64,000 nt of DNA from a virus (taxonomy: Duplodnaviria; Caudoviricetes): the IMG/VR virus record IMGVR_UViG_3300024245_000001, positions 5,907 through 69,906 of that record. One strand, given 5' to 3'. Within the stretch, counting starts at the first letter, position 1, and each line of letters starts with the position of its first letter. A program made the translations under genes and the position numbers. A model generated the notes under the pieces. It did not search any database. It was not told the origin of the DNA and saw nothing but the letters and a program-made list of their open reading frames with translations. Positions 26,797 to 35,335 of this stretch are shown here, piece after piece.

Positions 26797-27335
26797 AACC
26801 GATCGCCATAACCGGCCAGCTCGTCGATGTTCGCAACATAGCGGCGCATAAGTCTGCGCGGTTGCTCATTGACGTTCCCGCCGAGCAGGCAGCCAGCATC
26901 ATCGCGGCATTCGGCTGGCCGACGATGGTGAGCCCGGTTCCGGTAGCGGTGGCGAGGTTGACTAACCCCGTGATGGATCAAAGCGAACTCGCAGGGCAAA
27001 AGCAACTGGAGTCTGCTAGCCCTCCGCTTGCGTCCTGTGCGCCGAACAGCGGGTTCGATTCCCGCGACGGGGGCCAACCAGAAGCGCCGAAGGCGAGGCG
27101 GCACTGGGATGACTTATCTCCAGCACAGCAATGCGGGATCCGATGCGCCGATCCAATCTTTCGCAAGTTCCTTGAGGAAAACTATGGGCAGGAATTCAAT
27201 AACGAGGACTCTGCAGCGATGTTTATGCGGGATTACTTCCGCATAGAATCGCGAAGCGATCTGACGGCGAAGCATTGGTCCGCGTTCGATAAAACCTTCC
27301 AGGCCTGGAAGGTTGCCGACCGGGTAGGTGCATGA
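26793..27335 (+). CDS. Hypothetical recombination-module protein
   Basis: ATGA-coupled to the exonuclease gene. Confidence 0.65.
   Translation: MKPIAITGQLVDVRNIAAHKSARLLIDVPAEQAASIIAAFGWPTMVSPVPVAVARLTNPVMDQSELAGQKQLESASPPLASCAPNSGFDSRDGGQPEAPKARRHWDDLSPAQQCGIRCADPIFRKFLEENYGQEFNNEDSAAMFMRDYFRIESRSDLTAKHWSAFDKTFQAWKVADRVGA
26966..27076 (+). other. tRNA-like structure (T-arm, acceptor half, CCA) inside a CDS
   Basis: GCGGG-TTCGATT-CCCGC, then 7 nt, G, CCA at canonical spacing. CCCCGT at 26966 pairs with ACGGGG at 27067. No canonical D or anticodon arm. Confidence 0.4.
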
Positions 27336-27763
27336 TGGCCTATCGCATCGCAGCCCCCGCCCCGCCGAGCAGCCTGTTCAAATCCACGCGCCTCATCAGA
27401 GAGCGGCGCAAGGACTTGGGCCGCCACCCACGAGAGCGTGACCCCGAGCACCTTGCCGCCATCCGCCAGTGCATGTGCCTCTCCTGTGGACGGCAGCCCT
27501 GCGGAGAGGCCGCGCATGTGCGGATGTCCGAGCCGGGCAAGCCCAACGCGGGAATCGGCGCGCGGCCAGACGATAAATTTACGTTGCCGTTGTGCCACTC
27601 CTGCCACATGGAGCAGCACGCCGTTGGCGAGAGCGCATTCTGGGAACGCGAAGGCGTCGCCCCGATCTTCGCAGCGCAACAACTCTACCACTACTCGCCC
27701 AATGTACCGGCAATGAAGGCTGTATTGCGGGTGATCAGGTTTTATGCGGAGAGGAAATCGTGA
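27332..27763 (+). CDS. DUF968-like / putative HNH-type Zn nuclease
   Basis: C..CG...EAAHVR, then DD.FTLPLCH.CH.EQH. Confidence 0.7.
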   Translation: MMAYRIAAPAPPSSLFKSTRLIRERRKDLGRHPRERDPEHLAAIRQCMCLSCGRQPCGEAAHVRMSEPGKPNAGIGARPDDKFTLPLCHSCHMEQHAVGESAFWEREGVAPIFAAQQLYHYSPNVPAMKAVLRVIRFYAERKS

Positions 27764-28026
27764 GCGAGCACACATCTGGGCCATGGCGTTGGTTGCCGGG
27801 AGATCACCTTGTTGGTGATGCAGGGCGAACGACAATCATCCGTGATGGGGCCGGCGTGTACAACGCAACCGAGGGCGACAAGCTACTGATCGCCGCCGCA
27901 CCGGAGATGTTGAGCGCCCTTCGCGGTCTCATCGATATCGCCGAAGGACGAACCAGCGACGTTCCCGGCTGGAAACAGATTGATCTCGCACGCGCCGCCA
28001 TCGCCAAGGCGGAGGGCGGCACATGA
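27760..28026 (+). CDS. Small hypothetical protein
   Basis: SEHTSGPW...LIAAAPEML.AL, a common phage early-gene pattern. Confidence 0.65.
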   Translation: MSEHTSGPWRWLPGDHLVGDAGRTTIIRDGAGVYNATEGDKLLIAAAPEMLSALRGLIDIAEGRTSDVPGWKQIDLARAAIAKAEGGT

Positions 28027-28235
28027 CCTACGCCCATACTCATGATCGCGCCATCCGCACGCAAGGCCATCATGACGGCGAGCGCGGCTTGCCCTCCAGG
28101 GCGCGGCAGTATGCCGGCCTGCAGCGCGAACTCTACGAAAGAGGATATGGCAAGGGGTATGACGTGAGATACCGCGCCGATGCGGCCCGCAAGCAACATG
28201 GCAATAAACGGGATGGGGAAAGGGCCGGTCCATGA
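28023..28235 (+). CDS. Hypothetical protein
   Basis: ATGA overlaps. Confidence 0.45.
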   Translation: MTYAHTHDRAIRTQGHHDGERGLPSRARQYAGLQRELYERGYGKGYDVRYRADAARKQHGNKRDGERAGP

Positions 28236-28486
28236 CCTTCGCACTCGAAATCTACCTCGCAGTGACCTTTGGTGCCGGCGTCGGATGGCTGCTCTGCGCG
28301 ATGTTCACGACAGGCCACCGCGCCGACGATGCAGAGTACATCAGGCAGGCCGGACTCAAGCTCGACGGCAGCCGCGCGCTCAACCGCGCCCTGACCGAGG
28401 AAAACGAGCGCCTGCAGGCCGAGCTATCGGAATTGAACGCGCTTCGCCGTGATGGGCGGGCCTCGCTGAGGGGAACGCTGCAATGA
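28232..28486 (+). CDS. Membrane-anchored coiled-coil protein
   Basis: N-terminal transmembrane segment, C-terminal heptads. Confidence 0.55.
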   Translation: MTFALEIYLAVTFGAGVGWLLCAMFTTGHRADDAEYIRQAGLKLDGSRALNRALTEENERLQAELSELNALRRDGRASLRGTLQ

Positions 28487-28661
28487 CCCCGCGCCAGGTA
28501 GAGCTGCGCCGCCTCATAGAGAGGCTGAAAGTGTTGCGTTCCAACAGCCGTGTTCCGCACGCCAAGGCGACGCTGGGCGAGGCAATCGTCGTTGTTGCTG
28601 CCGCCCTGGCGCGCTGCGAGCAGGAACAGGGCGGCGACTTTCCATCGGAGGCATTCATTTA

Positions 28662-28994
28662 ATGAACATGCACAATTTCCCCCTTGGTCCCGCCAAGCCC
28701 GGCGACGGACCAACGCCTGACGGGGGCCGTTTCAGCCGGTCCCCGTCAGGGACTCCAATCGGAACTATGGCGCCGACCGCAAACGGCGTTGAAATAGTTC
28801 CGCACCAGCGCGCACCGAGTCCTCCCCGGATTGCGGTGCGCGCCCTCTCTCCCATCACCGCAGGCCCGGCCGCGCTTCGCGATGCGCTTTTTCGGTGCGC
28901 TGACGCAATGGCCGACGGCTTCGGCCGCGACCGGGAGCGAGAAGAGATCGAACGCAGAGCGCGGGCGTGGGAACAGAGGCAACGACATGGGTGA
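28662..28994 (+). CDS. Hypothetical protein
   Basis: Operonic; overlaps the DUF5131 start. Confidence 0.45.
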   Translation: MNMHNFPLGPAKPGDGPTPDGGRFSRSPSGTPIGTMAPTANGVEIVPHQRAPSPPRIAVRALSPITAGPAALRDALFRCADAMADGFGRDREREEIERRARAWEQRQRHG

Positions 28995-29745
28995 GAACAC
29001 GAAAATCGAATGGGCCTCACACACATTCAATCCGTGGCTCGGTTGCACCAAGGTCGGACCCGCCTGCGACCATTGCTACGCCGAAGACATGATGGCGAAC
29101 CGCTATCGCCGCGTGAAATGGGGTGCTGGCGAGGATCGCGTGAGGACATCGGCCGCGAATTGGCGTGAGCCGTTGCGCTGGGATCGCATCGCGCAAGAGG
29201 AAGGGTCGCGCCCGACCGTCTTTTGCCTCTCGCTCGGCGATATCTGGGACAACGAGGTTGATCCGCTGTGGCGGCGCGACCTATTCGCACTCATCGAGAA
29301 GACGCCGCACTTGACTTGGCTACTGCTGTCCAAGCGCATCGGCAACGCCATCAAGATGTGCGACCCGATGGCGGGCAATCTTCCTCTGCCAAAGAACGCC
29401 GCGCTCGGCGCGACGATGGTTACTCAACCGGAATGGGACAGGGACGCGCAGAAGCTTGAAGAAGCGCGTGATGCCCTCGGCGCGATGTTCTCGTTCGCCA
29501 GCGTCGAGCCCATGCTCGGTCCGATCGATGCGCGCCGGCATATGCCGGATTGGGTGATTGTTGGCTCGGAGAGCGGCCGAAGCGCGCGGCCCTGCGATCT
29601 TTCTTGGGTCCGCAGCCTTCGTGATCAGTGCGAAGCTGCCGAGGTTCCGTTCTTCTGGAAACAGCACATCGAGAACGGCCGCAAAATATCATCCCCCGAA
29701 ATGGATGGACGGAAATGGCTCGAATTCCCTCGAATCACCGCTTAG
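28987..29745 (+). CDS. Gp37/Gp68 (DUF5131) family protein
   Basis: TKIEW..HTFNPWLGCTKV.PACDHCYAE, SVEPMLG, WVIVG.ESG..ARP, VPFFWKQ. Confidence 0.9.
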   Translation: MGENTKIEWASHTFNPWLGCTKVGPACDHCYAEDMMANRYRRVKWGAGEDRVRTSAANWREPLRWDRIAQEEGSRPTVFCLSLGDIWDNEVDPLWRRDLFALIEKTPHLTWLLLSKRIGNAIKMCDPMAGNLPLPKNAALGATMVTQPEWDRDAQKLEEARDALGAMFSFASVEPMLGPIDARRHMPDWVIVGSESGRSARPCDLSWVRSLRDQCEAAEVPFFWKQHIENGRKISSPEMDGRKWLEFPRITA

Positions 29746-30407
29746 CCGAACGTGATCTGATTAAGCTTGTGCATGATGGCGAATGGGAAATTGATCCGGA
29801 TGGGTCGATCTGGCGCGTCTGCATACGCACCGGAGACAGCCGTGGTGGCACCCGCTTGACTCCATGCAAGCGGAGGCGCGTCGAAAAGCTGCTGCCCAGC
29901 GGTTATCTTATGGTTCGCGCAATGCGGGGTGGTCGGCGCGTCTGCGGGCTCGCTCATCGTTTGGTCTGGCAGCATTTCAAGGGCGACATTCCAGAAGGGA
30001 TGACCGTCAACCACGATAACGGAATCAGAGACGACAATCATCCGAACAACTTCGTCCTGGCCACATATTCAGACCAAGCGAAACACGCTCACGGCACCGG
30101 CCTGCTGGACCAGCATGGCCAACGGAACCCTGCCGCCAAACTCACGGATAATCAAATCGCGCAGATTCGCCTTGCTTATGCGAGCGGTCGCTACACGATG
30201 GACGTTCTGGCAAAGAGATTTGGCGTCAGCTTCCAGCACATATCGAAGTTGGTGCGCGGGCAGCGTCGGCCTAAGCAGGGCGGACCGATATCTGGGGAAG
30301 ATCAGCGTCACTCGGTCTGCGAGCGAGACCAAAAGACTGGCCGATTTGTCGGCAAGCGCTCTGGCCGCCTTCTCGACGGACGCACACATGACGGGATGCC
30401 CGCATGA
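29715..30407 (+). CDS. HNH homing endonuclease with HTH
   Basis: LAHRLVW..F.G.IP, VNHDNGIRDDN...N, NPAAKLT..QI..IR. Confidence 0.85.
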   Translation: MARIPSNHRLAERDLIKLVHDGEWEIDPDGSIWRVCIRTGDSRGGTRLTPCKRRRVEKLLPSGYLMVRAMRGGRRVCGLAHRLVWQHFKGDIPEGMTVNHDNGIRDDNHPNNFVLATYSDQAKHAHGTGLLDQHGQRNPAAKLTDNQIAQIRLAYASGRYTMDVLAKRFGVSFQHISKLVRGQRRPKQGGPISGEDQRHSVCERDQKTGRFVGKRSGRLLDGRTHDGMPA

Positions 30408-30579
30408 GCGAATGGAAACGCCTACGGGCCTTGCGCAACTATGTGCCAATCCGATTCCTCGATCGATGGGCCGGTTGCGGAGACGACCATCAGCCGAGCC
30501 GCGTCGCGATCGAATGCAATCTGTTCCACGGCCTGCCGACGAAGGCCATGCGGGCGTGGATCGAGCAGGGAGAGGCCCC

Positions 30580-31032
30580 ATGACCTCCCGCCCCGGCTGG
30601 GACAGCGAACCTCTCTGGTATGTGACAAAGGACGGCGATGTGTCCTGCCTCGAACTCTACGAGCGGCACTATTCCTGCTACCGATACCGAGACGGCCGAC
30701 GCCGCAGCCAATTCGTCGGCCCCGGAGAGCACATTGTTCTCCGAACCGGCGATGCCGACGCCATGTTCGTCTGGCGAAACTTCATCGACGACAGCGGCCA
30801 GGAAGGCATCAACTGCGCCGTCTTCCGCAACGAAGGCCCCTGGCAATCCTCAGAGCTTATCCGACAGGCTGACGCCGTTGCTGATTTCTGCTGGCCTGGT
30901 GAAAGGCATTACACATACGTCAATCCGAAAGCAGTCCGGAGCAGCAATCCGGGCTTCTGCTTTATGGCCGCTGGATGGCGGCGATGCGGAGTGACCAAGA
31001 GCGGCCTGCACATCTTGGAGCGCCTACCATGA
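30580..31032 (+). CDS. Conserved-type phage protein, possibly GNAT/Mom-like
   Basis: LYERHYS...YTYVNP...NPGFCFMAAGW; starts with the RPGWDS repeat. Confidence 0.55.
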   Translation: MTSRPGWDSEPLWYVTKDGDVSCLELYERHYSCYRYRDGRRRSQFVGPGEHIVLRTGDADAMFVWRNFIDDSGQEGINCAVFRNEGPWQSSELIRQADAVADFCWPGERHYTYVNPKAVRSSNPGFCFMAAGWRRCGVTKSGLHILERLP

Positions 31033-31057
31033 CCCGCCCCGGCTGGGACAGCGAGCC

Positions 31058-31618
31058 ATGAAGATCGATGTTATCTGCGCTCGCTGTGGCTCGCTCACCG
31101 CAAAAGAAGCGGGCTGTGTCAACCGCTCAACGCGGATCGGGGCGCCGATCTATTGCGGTCTCAAGTGCGCAGGGCTGGCCCGCCGCAAGCACAAGACGAT
31201 AGCGCAGAAGCGCGAGGAAAAGAGGATTTACGACGCAGACTACCGGGAAAAGAATCTCGCGCTCTTGAAGACGAAGAACGCGGAGAGACACAAGCGCACA
31301 TACGACCCCATCAAAGCCGCCAAAGTGCGCAAAAAGCGCATGCCCTCCCACGTCGCGTATTGCCAGCGTCCAGAGTACAAGCGTTGGAAGTCTCAATATG
31401 ACCGGAAGTACAGAGCACTAAAGTACTTTGGAGAGTTTGCCGAGGCATTTCTTGCTCTCCGAGAACTCGACCAGAACATCGCTGAAAGGATCACCGATTA
31501 TGAAACGCGCCAAGAAAACGGGACTTTTGGTAAAACACAGCAACGGCGTCGCCAGGACTACGCAGAACAAAGCCGCGAAGCAGGCCGTCGCCGTTATAAG
31601 GCCGCTGACGGCCAATAG
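31058..31618 (+). CDS. Basic Cys-containing hypothetical protein
   Basis: C..C...YCG..C N-terminus; Lys/Arg-rich. Confidence 0.6.
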   Translation: MKIDVICARCGSLTAKEAGCVNRSTRIGAPIYCGLKCAGLARRKHKTIAQKREEKRIYDADYREKNLALLKTKNAERHKRTYDPIKAAKVRKKRMPSHVAYCQRPEYKRWKSQYDRKYRALKYFGEFAEAFLALRELDQNIAERITDYETRQENGTFGKTQQRRRQDYAEQSREAGRRRYKAADGQ

Positions 31619-31805
31619 CCTGAAGGATGTCCTATGGGAAACTTTGCTCGATATAAAAACCGAGCAGATGTTGCCGAGCCGCGGCGACGCCATTGCTGGG
31701 CAGGCACGGGAAATCCTCCGCACGGTCAAGACGCAGATGCAAGTCGCCGCGCAGAGCAAGCGACCGCTCCCGATGGAAGTCGTCGAGTTTTCCGAGAAGA
31801 GATGA
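31500..31805 (+). CDS. Hypothetical protein overlapping the previous gene
   Basis: Helical LKDVLWETL...AREILRTV; ATGA overlap with the next gene. Confidence 0.55.
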   Translation: MKRAKKTGLLVKHSNGVARTTQNKAAKQAVAVIRPLTANSLKDVLWETLLDIKTEQMLPSRGDAIAGQAREILRTVKTQMQVAAQSKRPLPMEVVEFSEKR

Positions 31806-31987
31806 CCATGATCCGCCCCGGCTGGGACAGCCAATCCACCGAAACTGAATCCGAGCGCGCCGACCGCTGGCAGGCGACCAAGGCGGCACGCATTGCCAAG
31901 GGCCTCTGCCCGCTGTGTGCGAAGCCGGCGAAGGAATGCAAATGCGAGGCGCACGGCGGGGCGCTGCCGTGGGAGGCGCTGGCATGA
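31802..31987 (+). CDS. Small Cys-containing protein
   Basis: Begins MTMIRPGWDS; CPLC...C.C. Confidence 0.5.
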   Translation: MTMIRPGWDSQSTETESERADRWQATKAARIAKGLCPLCAKPAKECKCEAHGGALPWEALA

Positions 31988-32301
31988 AAAGGGAAATCAC
32001 CATCGGAGAAAAATACGGTCCGGCCATGCTGATCGAAGATCAAACCGAAGCCGATGCCTATTTCGAGCAATGCGTCGAGCATACTATGTCGTTCGGCAAC
32101 CCGCGTACCGAGGCCGAGAAGATTGAGCGCGCCAACCTCGGTTATTTCGCCGGATACCACGACAACGAGACGCGATTGCGGGTTGAACGGTTGTTCCGCT
32201 GTGAACATCCCATCTTCGGCCCGATCGCCCGCAATGGTCCGCCGACGTTCAGCGACGCATTGCGCGCCGGAATCGAGCGCGGGAGAGCACTTAAGTCATG
32301 A
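31984..32301 (+). CDS. Hypothetical protein
   Basis: ATGA overlaps; contains ANLGYFAGY. Confidence 0.6.
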   Translation: MKREITIGEKYGPAMLIEDQTEADAYFEQCVEHTMSFGNPRTEAEKIERANLGYFAGYHDNETRLRVERLFRCEHPIFGPIARNGPPTFSDALRAGIERGRALKS

Positions 32302-32318
32302 CCCTCCGCTTCCACCTT

Positions 32319-32771
32319 CCACCCGGAGGCGACGAATGAGCGATCCTCGCAAAGAAGTCTGGATCGATTACACGAACCACCGTGGCGAGCGGGCATGGCG
32401 GCACATATTGCCGCTGGGCCTAATCTCATTCGAGAACAGCCAGTGGCATCCAGAAACACAATGGGTGATGGAGGCCGTTGACTTGGACAAGAATGCCATT
32501 CGCGACTTTGCGCTCGCCTCGATCCACGAATGGCGAGGGTCGCCACCCGGAGGCGATGTGCCATGAGCGTCGAGATCAGAAAGAACGATGACGGCTCTAT
32601 AGATGAGGTCATCGCCAATGGCGCCATCCACCTCGAACAGATGGACAAAAATGCGTGGTATCTCGGAATCGATGCCAGCGATGGAAGCCACTGGCAGTTC
32701 TGGATGGGGGCCAACGGCAACTGCCGTGTCATGGTTCGCCAGACCGAGATGACGCCCGGAGGCGATGTGCC
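32319..32771 (+). repeat. Gene-end repeat CCCGGAGGCGA(TGTGCC), three copies
   Basis: 32319-32332 shares 14 bp with 32543-32556; 32546-32562 and 32755-32771 are identical over 17 bp. Each contains the GGAGG RBS of the next gene. Confidence 0.8.
32336..32566 (+). CDS. Stand-alone WYL-like domain protein, 76 aa
   Basis: IDYTNHRGE..WR.I.P......WHPE.QW.MEAVDLDK..IRDFAL..I. Confidence 0.7.
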   Translation: MSDPRKEVWIDYTNHRGERAWRHILPLGLISFENSQWHPETQWVMEAVDLDKNAIRDFALASIHEWRGSPPGGDVP

Positions 32772-32778
32772 CAGATGA
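32563..32778 (+). CDS. Hypothetical protein
   Basis: Bounded by the gene-end repeats. Confidence 0.6.
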   Translation: MSVEIRKNDDGSIDEVIANGAIHLEQMDKNAWYLGIDASDGSHWQFWMGANGNCRVMVRQTEMTPGGDVPR

Positions 32779-32972
32779 GCGGCATTCCTAAGCGGGTGAT
32801 CTTTTTGGACGTTCCCGCGGACGACATGATTCTTGCCGTTCGGGCTGCAAGATGGCTCGGCGAGCGTTTTACGAAAGACGCCATTCTTGCATACGGAGAG
32901 GATAATGGGGACAGCCTCAAGCACTTCTACGTCAGGCGCAACAAGGCCAGCATCACCGTGAGACCGTGCTGA
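32775..32972 (+). CDS. Hypothetical protein
   Basis: ATGA overlap; RBS lies within the repeat. Confidence 0.55.
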   Translation: MSGIPKRVIFLDVPADDMILAVRAARWLGERFTKDAILAYGEDNGDSLKHFYVRRNKASITVRPC

Positions 32973-33141
32973 AAGAGACATGCCGAGATGAGCTACGATC
33001 GCCCGCCCGGCTTCAATCCGTCGCGTAGACGGATTCAGGATCTACCACGGATCGGCCGATCTCAAGGACTTGCAAGAGGCAGCACGGCCCGGATCAATCC
33101 AGATTCGGCTGGATTGGCATTGCCTTGAGGAGGAGCGCGAC

Positions 33142-33414
33142 GTGAGGGCTGAAATTGAACGACTCAAATCCGAGCGCGACGCTGCCAATGCCAGGATTAT
33201 GGCCCAGGCTAACGAATGGCGTATGGCCTATAATGCCCTCGCCGCCGAGCGCGACGCGCTGCGGGAGGCGCTGGAAGGCGTCCACAAGTACGTGCTCGTC
33301 ATCGAGAGCGCCGTCCGCAATAGCGACCCGTCGCAGCATCGAGCGGTCCTAGATGTCCTCATGCCGGTTTCCGCCTATTTTGATGCGCTGCGGAGGCAGG
33401 GGAGCGGATCATGA
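33142..33414 (+). CDS. Coiled-coil hypothetical protein
   Basis: GTG start inside the 28-bp repeat. Confidence 0.6.
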   Translation: MRAEIERLKSERDAANARIMAQANEWRMAYNALAAERDALREALEGVHKYVLVIESAVRNSDPSQHRAVLDVLMPVSAYFDALRRQGSGS

Positions 33415-33596
33415 GCGATTCAGTCAGCCGCAAAATAGTTATCGGCGTCCTTTTTGACACCGTAACCATTGAAGTCATTTGCGGCGACGAATACGAGGCT
33501 CAGGTTCTCTATGATGACCTCGTAGAGCGGATGAAGTCAGGGGAAGGCATTTCACTTAGCATCAAACCCAGTGAGGCTAATTGTAAAACACTGTAA
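33411..33596 (+). CDS. Hypothetical protein
   Basis: ATGA overlap. Confidence 0.5.
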   Translation: MSDSVSRKIVIGVLFDTVTIEVICGDEYEAQVLYDDLVERMKSGEGISLSIKPSEANCKTL

Positions 33597-33722
33597 AACA
33601 AACACCGAAAACCCAAGCAATTCAAAGGCCACGCGGAAATGAGACATTTCCAAGGAAACAGGTCAACCCTTTGATGGCACAAGCAAAGCGTTTTCCAAGC
33701 AGAGGGCAAAACACCGTGAACG

Positions 33723-34079
33723 ATGCCGGAACATGCCGCCGACTTGTACAACGTTGCAGATGAAACTATCGGCCAAAAGGGGAGCGCTTTGATGGGTGGC
33801 GGCGCAGCTTTCAGTGGTGGCGGACATGTTGTCGGAGGGAGCGCCGGTCGCCTTCGGAGCATCGGGGTTGCCAATGGGTACGAGGAGGAATGGATGGCAA
33901 AGACCAAGAAGACGATCGAAGACGAGTTGCGCTTCCGCGGGATCGCACCGGAGGTCATCGCCGAGATCAGCCATAAAATTGAGGAGCCATCCTGCGCTCC
34001 CGCAATCATTATATCAGTTCTGGCGACTGCGCTGGTCCTCACGCTGATATTCGTCGGGATATGGGAAAGCACTCCCTAG
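33723..34079 (+). CDS. Protein with C-terminal transmembrane helix (true start may be downstream)
   Basis: Hydrophobic C-terminus. Confidence 0.45.
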   Translation: MPEHAADLYNVADETIGQKGSALMGGGAAFSGGGHVVGGSAGRLRSIGVANGYEEEWMAKTKKTIEDELRFRGIAPEVIAEISHKIEEPSCAPAIIISVLATALVLTLIFVGIWESTP

Positions 34080-34139
34080 GCGCGTCACCCCCACCCCAAC
34101 CAGAGGCGGAGCGATGATTGCCTTGAGGAGGAGCGCGAC

Positions 34140-34325
34140 GTGAGCGAATGCCTGTACTGCAAAGGCGAGCCGGAGCCCGGCTTCATCGAGACATTGAACA
34201 ACGGTCCGATTGTCGCGTGCCCGTTGTGCAATAAGGACTACGACACGCCGCAGAGGCGACGAGAGCGGGAATATGAGGCCGCGATGGCGCAGATGGCGCT
34301 GCGGAGGCAGGGGAGCGGAGCATGA
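34140..34325 (+). CDS. Small Zn-finger-like protein
   Basis: CLYC...CPLC; GTG start inside the 28-bp repeat. Confidence 0.55.
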   Translation: MSECLYCKGEPEPGFIETLNNGPIVACPLCNKDYDTPQRRREREYEAAMAQMALRRQGSGA

Positions 34326-34753
34326 GACTTGGCGTCGAGCTTGGATACGTCGAGACGATCGAGAAGCAGGAAGCCGAGATCGCCCGCCTCCGCGCCGAAC
34401 TCGCTGCATCTCGTAGTTCCGCGTATGGGGCTGCGGAAGAAGTCAATCGGCTTGGCAAGGAGATCAATCGCCTCCGCGCCGAACTCGCCGAGGTCAAGGC
34501 GCTTCATGATGTATCTTTGGCGGCATGTGATACGTGGCGAGATGCGGCTCGCCGCGACGCCGAGCAGATCGCGCGGCTGCGAAAGACGTTAGAGCCGTTT
34601 GCCGAGGCGGCGCGCTGGTACGACCGAGACTATTGCACGGAAGACGTGGTGCTCTGGCAGAGCCGTTATGGCATCTCAGTCAGCCTGAAGGTGGACCATC
34701 TTTGGGCGGCACGCACCGCCCTCGCTCCCCGTCCACCAGAGGAGGCCGAGTGA
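34322..34753 (+). CDS. Coiled-coil hypothetical protein
   Basis: RLRAELA twice (20-bp repeat at 34385 and 34469). Confidence 0.6.
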   Translation: MRLGVELGYVETIEKQEAEIARLRAELAASRSSAYGAAEEVNRLGKEINRLRAELAEVKALHDVSLAACDTWRDAARRDAEQIARLRKTLEPFAEAARWYDRDYCTEDVVLWQSRYGISVSLKVDHLWAARTALAPRPPEEAE

Positions 34754-34956
34754 TGGCGACCGAAGCTGAGATTGAGGCTGCTTGCAGGGCATTCCATCCC
34801 AGAGAGACGCCATCTGGCATCAAGATAATGGGCTGGGACGACTACAGCGAAGGCGTGAGACATCAATGTCGGTTCTATATGAAGCTAGCCCTTGAATCCG
34901 CCGAGGGCGCCCGCGCCGCCCTGGCTACCGCCGCGGAGCCCGCCAATTGCAAATAG
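34753..34956 (+). CDS. Hypothetical protein
   Basis: Start MATEAEIEAA overlaps the upstream stop. Confidence 0.5.
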   Translation: MATEAEIEAACRAFHPRETPSGIKIMGWDDYSEGVRHQCRFYMKLALESAEGARAALATAAEPANCK

Positions 34957-35137
34957 TTTTGAACGCAACTATTGTCCCGATCGAACTTCGTCCATTGCCA
35001 TTTCGCCGGTCCGCGTGCGCAAGCTTCTCGTCGCCCAGGCTGGCGGTCAGACCACCGACCTTGTTCCCCGTCAACTTGACAAAAGGTGATATCTACCTTC
35101 TGTTGTTATGCGCTCTGAAGCTGACTCCAAAGGAGAA

Positions 35138-35335
35138 ATGAACATGACAGAAATCAAAGAGTGGAAGATAACAGAAGAACAGAACGCCTCTCAATATGAG
35201 GATGGCTGCGGCTGCGTTTGCGGAATTGCTATGGACAAAGCGTCACTCCGCCATCGTGAACCCGGCTTCCTGAGTCTCCCTCATTGGGAGCCACTTTTGA
35301 AGCCAGTTTCCCCAGCGTCTGATATCTTTCCGTAA
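35138..35335 (+). CDS. Small hypothetical protein, last plus-strand early gene
   Basis: AAGGAG RBS; upstream TTGACA. Confidence 0.45.
   Translation: MNMTEIKEWKITEEQNASQYEDGCGCVCGIAMDKASLRHREPGFLSLPHWEPLLKPVSPASDIFP

Larger units (their letters stand above)
30588..31831 (+). repeat. Three copies of 19-bp CCGCCCCGGCTGGGACAGC at gene starts
   Basis: At 30588-30606, 31034-31052 and 31813-31831, all read in frame as RPGWDS. Confidence 0.9.
33119..34319 (+). repeat. Paired 5' (28-bp) and 3' (24-bp) boundary repeats around two unrelated genes
   Basis: ATTGCCTTGAGGAGGAGCGCGACGTGAG at 33119-33146 and 34117-34144. GCGCTGCGGAGGCAGGGGAGCGGA at 33385-33408 and 34296-34319. Confidence 0.9.

Noticed and set aside
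30588-34319. Short direct repeats as a possible CRISPR array or integron attC array
   Set aside because: Spacing is hundreds of bp and irregular, the repeats are coding or RBS sequences, and no cas or integrase gene is present.
34950-34975. AATAGTT-N8-AACTATT inverted repeat as a recombinase site
   Set aside because: Only 7-bp arms, single copy, and no recombinase in view.
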